Assembly (NCBI GenBank): GCA_049314595.1 | Contig: JBMOET010000001.1 | Coordinates: 8,856-72,855 of the forward strand | Length of the DNA: 64,000 bases | Direction of reading: 5' to 3' | Source: Candidatus Planktophila sp. | GTDB taxonomy: Bacteria; Actinomycetota; Actinomycetes; Nanopelagicales; Nanopelagicaceae | Part shown: positions 59,848 through 64,000 of the stretch, piece after piece | How positions within the stretch are numbered: position 1 is the first letter of the stretch | How the letters are laid out: each line of letters starts with the position of its first letter | Made by a program: the position numbers and the translations under genes | The notes under the pieces: generated by a model | Told to the model about the DNA's origin: nothing | The model's input: only the letters and a program-made list of their open reading frames with translations | The model's database searches: none

Positions 59848-60867
59848 ATGGCTGGAATCAAGGAGGTTGCAGAAGAGGCAGGAGTCTCAACTGCAACTGT
59901 GTCGCGAGCTCTACGCGGGCTCCAGCATGTCAATGATGTAACACGATCTAAGATTATTGCAGCGGCAGAAAAATTGGATTACCCCTTAACCCCTGTTCGT
60001 CCCAATAACTCGTATGGGCGCACAAATAGCGTTGGAGTCGTTGCTCCATATATTTCTAGATGGTACTTCTCACAGGTAATTAATGGCGCAGAACAAGCAC
60101 TTCGTGAAGCAGGGCTAGATTTACTTCTTTATAACTTCAGTGCCATGAAGGGCCGCGAACGTTTATTTCAGCATCAACTTCTTAAAGGCCGAGTTGACGC
60201 GTTAATCGTAATCTCATTGCCCCCAACAGAGGAAGAGTTTGATTCAATGCTCGGCCTTGGAATCCCAATTGCACTAGTTGGAATGGAACATTCAGAGTGT
60301 GCCAGCATAAAAATCGATGATGTAGCTGGTGCCCGTACGGCAACGCAACACCTTGTTAACCAGGGGCATAAAAAGATCGGGTTAATGTCTGGTCGACCCG
60401 ATGATCCATTTAATTTTAGCGTCCCTCAAGATCGACGTAAGGGTTTCATGTCAGTCTTAGCTGAAAATGGTCTTGAATGGCTCCCTTCGCGTGAAGTCCA
60501 TGGCGACTTTACAATGCACACAGCATCGCGAGCTATGGATGATTTATTAGCTAGACCAAATCGACCAACTGCAATTTTTTGCGAGTCAGATGAAATGGCC
60601 ATGGGGGCTATGCAGGCACTTCGCCGACACGGGCTAAAGACCCCTGATGATATTTCCATAGTTGGTTTCGATGGTCATGAGATGGCAGAGTTTTCTGAGT
60701 TAACAACTATTGAGCAGCCAGTTCAGTTGATGGGAGAGATGGCGGCATGGTCGATTATGGAGCGCCTGAGAAAACCTAATGTTGTTGCACCTTCCTTAGT
60801 TCTGCCAACGACGCTTGTAGTACGAAGCACAACTCGGCGCCTTACCCCAGCTGAACAAGGCCAATAA
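59848..60867 (+). CDS. LacI family transcriptional regulator
   Basis: IKEVAEEAGVSTATVSRAL, PTAIFCESDEMA, DDISIVGFD, LTTIEQP. SD GAGGTG before ATG 59848. Confidence 0.95.
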   Translation: MAGIKEVAEEAGVSTATVSRALRGLQHVNDVTRSKIIAAAEKLDYPLTPVRPNNSYGRTNSVGVVAPYISRWYFSQVINGAEQALREAGLDLLLYNFSAMKGRERLFQHQLLKGRVDALIVISLPPTEEEFDSMLGLGIPIALVGMEHSECASIKIDDVAGARTATQHLVNQGHKKIGLMSGRPDDPFNFSVPQDRRKGFMSVLAENGLEWLPSREVHGDFTMHTASRAMDDLLARPNRPTAIFCESDEMAMGAMQALRRHGLKTPDDISIVGFDGHEMAEFSELTTIEQPVQLMGEMAAWSIMERLRKPNVVAPSLVLPTTLVVRSTTRRLTPAEQGQ

Positions 60868-60907
60868 AACTCTATAAATAAGGCTAAGTCAGGGTAACCT
60901 TTCCGCC

Positions 60908-62077
60908 ATGACTGACAACAACGTAACCGCGCCGGATCTGGCTCAACTATTAACCCATCACTCTGAAAAGTGGCGTGGCTTTGACAGAGATGTCTTGCCT
61001 TTGCCAGTAGCTGAGATGGATTTTCCAATTGCCGAGCCAATCAAAAAGACACTTCTGGATATGGTCTCTAAATCAGATTTAGGATATTTGGGTTCAGTAC
61101 CAGAATTACCAGCCGGCTTTGCAAAGTTTGCTTCAGAGCGTTGGGGTTGGGATGTAGATACTTCACAAGTGCGAGTGGCAGCAGATGTGGGGGTAGCCGT
61201 CGTTGAAGTTTTGAGAGTATTTACAAAACCTGGAGATACTATTTTAATTAATTCACCGGTCTATCAAAACTTCTATAACTGGATGAACGAGACACATCTA
61301 GAGAAGATTGATGTGCCTTTTACTCGAACAGGCGAAGAGGGCTTTGATAAGAATCCATGGGAACTCGATTGGGATGCTGTTGAGAAAGTCTACGCATCGG
61401 GCTTAAAAGTGCACTTGATGTGCTCACCGCACAATCCACTTGGAAGAATCTACTCTAGAGCCGAACTTACCCGTGTGGCTGAGATGGCTAAGAAGTACGG
61501 AGTTTTGGTGATCAGTGATGAGATCCATGCACCGCTTACATTTAAAGGAAATGCGTTCATACCCTTCTTATCTCTCAATGATACGGCGCGCGAAGTTGGC
61601 CTAGCTGTGACCGCAGCGTCAAAGGGATGGAATATCGCAGGACTTAAGTGCGCAATCATTGTTTCGCAAAATGATGCTATTAATGAACAACTAAAGAAGC
61701 TTCCTATGGCTGTTCATTTTCGTGCATCGATCCTTGGAGCTTTCGCTTCCGCATCGGCATTTGCCGATAGTGGCATCTGGCTAGATTCAGTTATAAACCA
61801 GTTAGATCAGAATCGATTGATGATTAAGGAGCTCTTAACTGCAAAACTGCCATCGGTGAGATATCACATTCCGCAGAATAGCTATCTTGCATGGTTGGAT
61901 TTGGAAGCTCTTAATCTAGGAGAGATTCCAGCTGAGACGTTGTTAGAAAAAGGGAGAGTGGCATTTAACCCTGGACACACCTATGGAGCTCAATGCTCTC
62001 AGTATGTGCGTCTTAACTTTGCAACCAGCCCAGCAATTATTTCAGAGGCCATCGAGCGCATTGTTCGAACAGTGTAA
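60908..62077 (+). CDS. MalY/PatB-type cystathionine beta-lyase (PLP)
   Basis: SEKW, PLPVAEMDF, CSPHNPLG, SDEIH, SKGWNIAGL, YLAWLD, RLNFATS. Confidence 0.9.
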   Translation: MTDNNVTAPDLAQLLTHHSEKWRGFDRDVLPLPVAEMDFPIAEPIKKTLLDMVSKSDLGYLGSVPELPAGFAKFASERWGWDVDTSQVRVAADVGVAVVEVLRVFTKPGDTILINSPVYQNFYNWMNETHLEKIDVPFTRTGEEGFDKNPWELDWDAVEKVYASGLKVHLMCSPHNPLGRIYSRAELTRVAEMAKKYGVLVISDEIHAPLTFKGNAFIPFLSLNDTAREVGLAVTAASKGWNIAGLKCAIIVSQNDAINEQLKKLPMAVHFRASILGAFASASAFADSGIWLDSVINQLDQNRLMIKELLTAKLPSVRYHIPQNSYLAWLDLEALNLGEIPAETLLEKGRVAFNPGHTYGAQCSQYVRLNFATSPAIISEAIERIVRTV

Positions 62078-62113
62078 TTTAGTGTTAAGACTTATGACTA
62101 TTACACTTTCCTC

Positions 62114-63175
62114 ATGAGTAAAGACCGCAATATTGAAACATCGGCAATAACTGCTGGTCGCCCAGAGGTGTCACCTGATGCCTCGCTTAATCCTGGCGTT
62201 GAGTTAACGTCGACCTTTCACTCAGGCGGTCCGATTGGTTATGGCCGTTATGGCAACCAAACATGGAACGCGCTTGAAGCTGCCATCAGTGAACTCGAGG
62301 GCGGACAGACATTAGCTTTTTCATCTGGGATGGCTGCAATAAGTGCAGTGTTTTCAATTTTGCCAGTGGGCGCCCCTGTAGTTGCATCTAATCAAGGGTA
62401 TAGCGGAGTCATGACTCTTCTCAACTCTTTTCACGAAAGCGGCCGCTTAGAAGTTCGATTCGTGGATGTTGTTAATACAGATGAAGTTATTGGAGCAATG
62501 AAAGGTGCAGCACTTATTTGGCTGGAGTCTCCCACCAATCCCTGTCTAGATATTGCTGATTTACCTGCGCTAATATCTGCTTCGAAAAAGCTAGGAATAG
62601 GGGTGGGTGTTGATAACACATTCGCAACACCACTAGTGCAGAATCCATTGGCAATGGGCGCCGATATTGTCATGCACTCTGTGACTAAGTTCTTATCTGG
62701 CCACAGTGATGTATTAATGGGCTCGTTATCTACTAATGATCCGGCCTTGTTCAAGCGACTACACGAATCACGCAGTTTTAATGGATCCATTCCCGGCCCA
62801 TTCGAAGCCTGGTTAGCACTTCGTGGAATCCGAACATTTCCGCTGCGATTTAATAAGGCTCAGGAAAACGCTAAGTATTTAGTTGAAAAACTATCAGGAC
62901 ATGCAAAGGTCAGTCGTGTTCGCTATCCGGGCTTTGGGGCTGTTATTTCATTTGAAGTAGCTGGAACTGCCGAAGAAACTCAAAAGGTGTGTGACTCTTC
63001 CCACTTGATCGCACATGCGACAAGTCTTGGTGGAGTTGAATCACTATGGGAACGTAGACGACGTTGGCCCATGGAGAGTGCAACTGTTCCTGAGCAGTTA
63101 ATTCGCCTGTCGGTTGGATGCGAACATGTTGACGATATCTGGAGCGACATCGAGAGCGCACTCTCGGCTATCTAG
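62114..63175 (+). CDS. metB: Cystathionine gamma-synthase/lyase family (PLP)
   Basis: YGRYGN, FSSGMAA, WLESPTNP, VDNTFATP, HSVTKFLSGHSD, TSLGGVES. Confidence 0.85.
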   Translation: MSKDRNIETSAITAGRPEVSPDASLNPGVELTSTFHSGGPIGYGRYGNQTWNALEAAISELEGGQTLAFSSGMAAISAVFSILPVGAPVVASNQGYSGVMTLLNSFHESGRLEVRFVDVVNTDEVIGAMKGAALIWLESPTNPCLDIADLPALISASKKLGIGVGVDNTFATPLVQNPLAMGADIVMHSVTKFLSGHSDVLMGSLSTNDPALFKRLHESRSFNGSIPGPFEAWLALRGIRTFPLRFNKAQENAKYLVEKLSGHAKVSRVRYPGFGAVISFEVAGTAEETQKVCDSSHLIAHATSLGGVESLWERRRRWPMESATVPEQLIRLSVGCEHVDDIWSDIESALSAI

Positions 63176-63209
63176 AGAAATTTTTGACAATAGCGGGTAT
63201 TTTTATCGT

Positions 63210-63359
63210 ATGGTCAAAGCATTTCGGCGATTATTTGCGGCAGTAACTGTCGCAGTATTAGCTTTTCGCGCCGTTGGCTCCTTTCTGTCGTGGATTGAGC
63301 ATCAAGAAGATACAACGGCAGATGCATGGGTTGATGAAGACGAGTTTGAAGATGCCTGA
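63210..63359 (+). CDS. Small single-TM protein with acidic tail (49 aa)
   Basis: MVKAFRRLFAAVTVAVLAFRAVGSFLSWIEHQEDTTADAWVDEDEFEDA; its stop overlaps the next start. Confidence 0.6.
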   Translation: MVKAFRRLFAAVTVAVLAFRAVGSFLSWIEHQEDTTADAWVDEDEFEDA

Positions 63360-63735
63360 AACGGTCTACATTCCGGGAAGCTGCAATATCGGTGGACGTG
63401 AGGTTCGACGAAGGCAATTCGTTGCTTTCATTGGTTTATTTTTCTCAATTAGTTCTCTGATTGCTCTCCTCTCTGTGAATGCACCACGTGAAGCACGAAT
63501 TGGAATTTTCTTCCCATTGCTCGTTGCATCTGTTGGTTTTGTTCAGTCTCGAAGTAGGTTCTGCCTTGCATATGGATTTGCCGGAACTTTCAACTTTGGA
63601 AAACTAGGAGATATCTCACGAGTGAGTGATCCAATCAACCGGGCCGCGGACCGGAAAACAGCGCTGATTATTCTCTCAAAATCATTTTTAGTGGCGGCTA
63701 TAGCGACATTGGTGGTATTAGCAGTACCCTTCTAA
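63352..63735 (+). CDS. Conserved-looking hypothetical membrane protein
   Basis: YIPGSCNIG..E..RR, Q....FC..YG.AG.FNFG; three TM helices. Start at ATG 63352. Confidence 0.75.
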   Translation: MPETVYIPGSCNIGGREVRRRQFVAFIGLFFSISSLIALLSVNAPREARIGIFFPLLVASVGFVQSRSRFCLAYGFAGTFNFGKLGDISRVSDPINRAADRKTALIILSKSFLVAAIATLVVLAVPF

Positions 63736-63737
63736 GT

Positions 63738-64000
63738 ATGAAGATTCACATTCATACACGAAATGCAGATTTAGCGGAAGATTTTAGAGTGATAGTAGAA
63801 GAAAAACTCAATAGCATGGAGCGATTTAGTATTGTAATAGACCGCGTTGAAGTTGAGATTCTTCATGAGAACAACCCTCGCCAGGGAAAGAATTCACACC
63901 GTGTGATTTTAACTTCACACGGAACAGGGCCGTTGCTAAAGTCTGAGGCGGCCGAGTTCAACGATGTCGCGGCTTTTGATGCAGCAGTCAAGGCCTTTGA
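63738..64000 (+). CDS. hpf: Ribosome hibernation promoting factor (HPF/RaiA), partial
   Basis: Not in the ORF track. MKIHIHTRNADLAEDFRVIVEEKL...RVEVEILHENNPRQ...GPLLKSEA...AAFDAA. Confidence 0.85.
   Translation, partial: MKIHIHTRNADLAEDFRVIVEEKLNSMERFSIVIDRVEVEILHENNPRQGKNSHRVILTSHGTGPLLKSEAAEFNDVAAFDAAVKAF

Noticed and set aside
59848-62077. LacI plus MalY resembling E. coli malI-malXY
   Set aside because: There is no PTS gene. malY has its own promoter signature and pairs with metB, which points to transsulfuration.
182-63417. Numerous 60-160 aa ORFs in the track that lie antisense or out of frame to recognised genes (for example 590-832, 20595-21086, 25379-25864, 28599-29063)
   Set aside because: They are shadows of well-supported genes and show no recognisable motifs or start signals.
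1-64000. CRISPR array, IS element, prophage or defence island
   Set aside because: I saw no spaced repeats and no transposase, integrase, phage or cas-like ORFs; the window is fully occupied by housekeeping genes.

Overview
A gene-dense, roughly 46-48% GC (estimated by eye) core-genome segment of a streamlined actinobacterium. Gene content and synteny (mshB, two whiB genes, mtrAB, pdtaS, DUF3117/DUF3107/DUF3499/DUF5719-like genes) suggest a freshwater acI lineage such as Ca. Planktophila/Nanopelagicales; this is inference. It holds about 72 CDS and one tRNA-Arg(CCG): nucleoside catabolism, acyl-CoA carboxylase/birA, purKE, a cell-wall glycopolymer locus, dapD/dapC, pepA-OMT-htrA-tatB-mrp, moeZ-mshB, manC-whiB-GT2-manB-ahcY-mtrAB-comF-secA, a SAF/P-loop pair with pdtaS-whiB1, msrAB, a LacI regulator, transsulfuration genes and a partial hpf. 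I saw no mobile element, CRISPR array or rRNA. The most notable observations are: (1) a highly structured whiB1 leader with an SD-sequestering hairpin, a competing 10-bp helix and an ANTAR-like hexaloop, next to pdtaS; (2) pervasive leaderless promoters, including symmetric bidirectional -10 elements with exactly 18 nt between divergent start codons; (3) a non-actinobacterial-type AhcY at the ancestral locus; (4) a stand-alone sigma-70 region-4 protein where sigE/rseA are missing; (5) a split ALDH16-like pair. Family calls come from motif recognition only; no searches were run.
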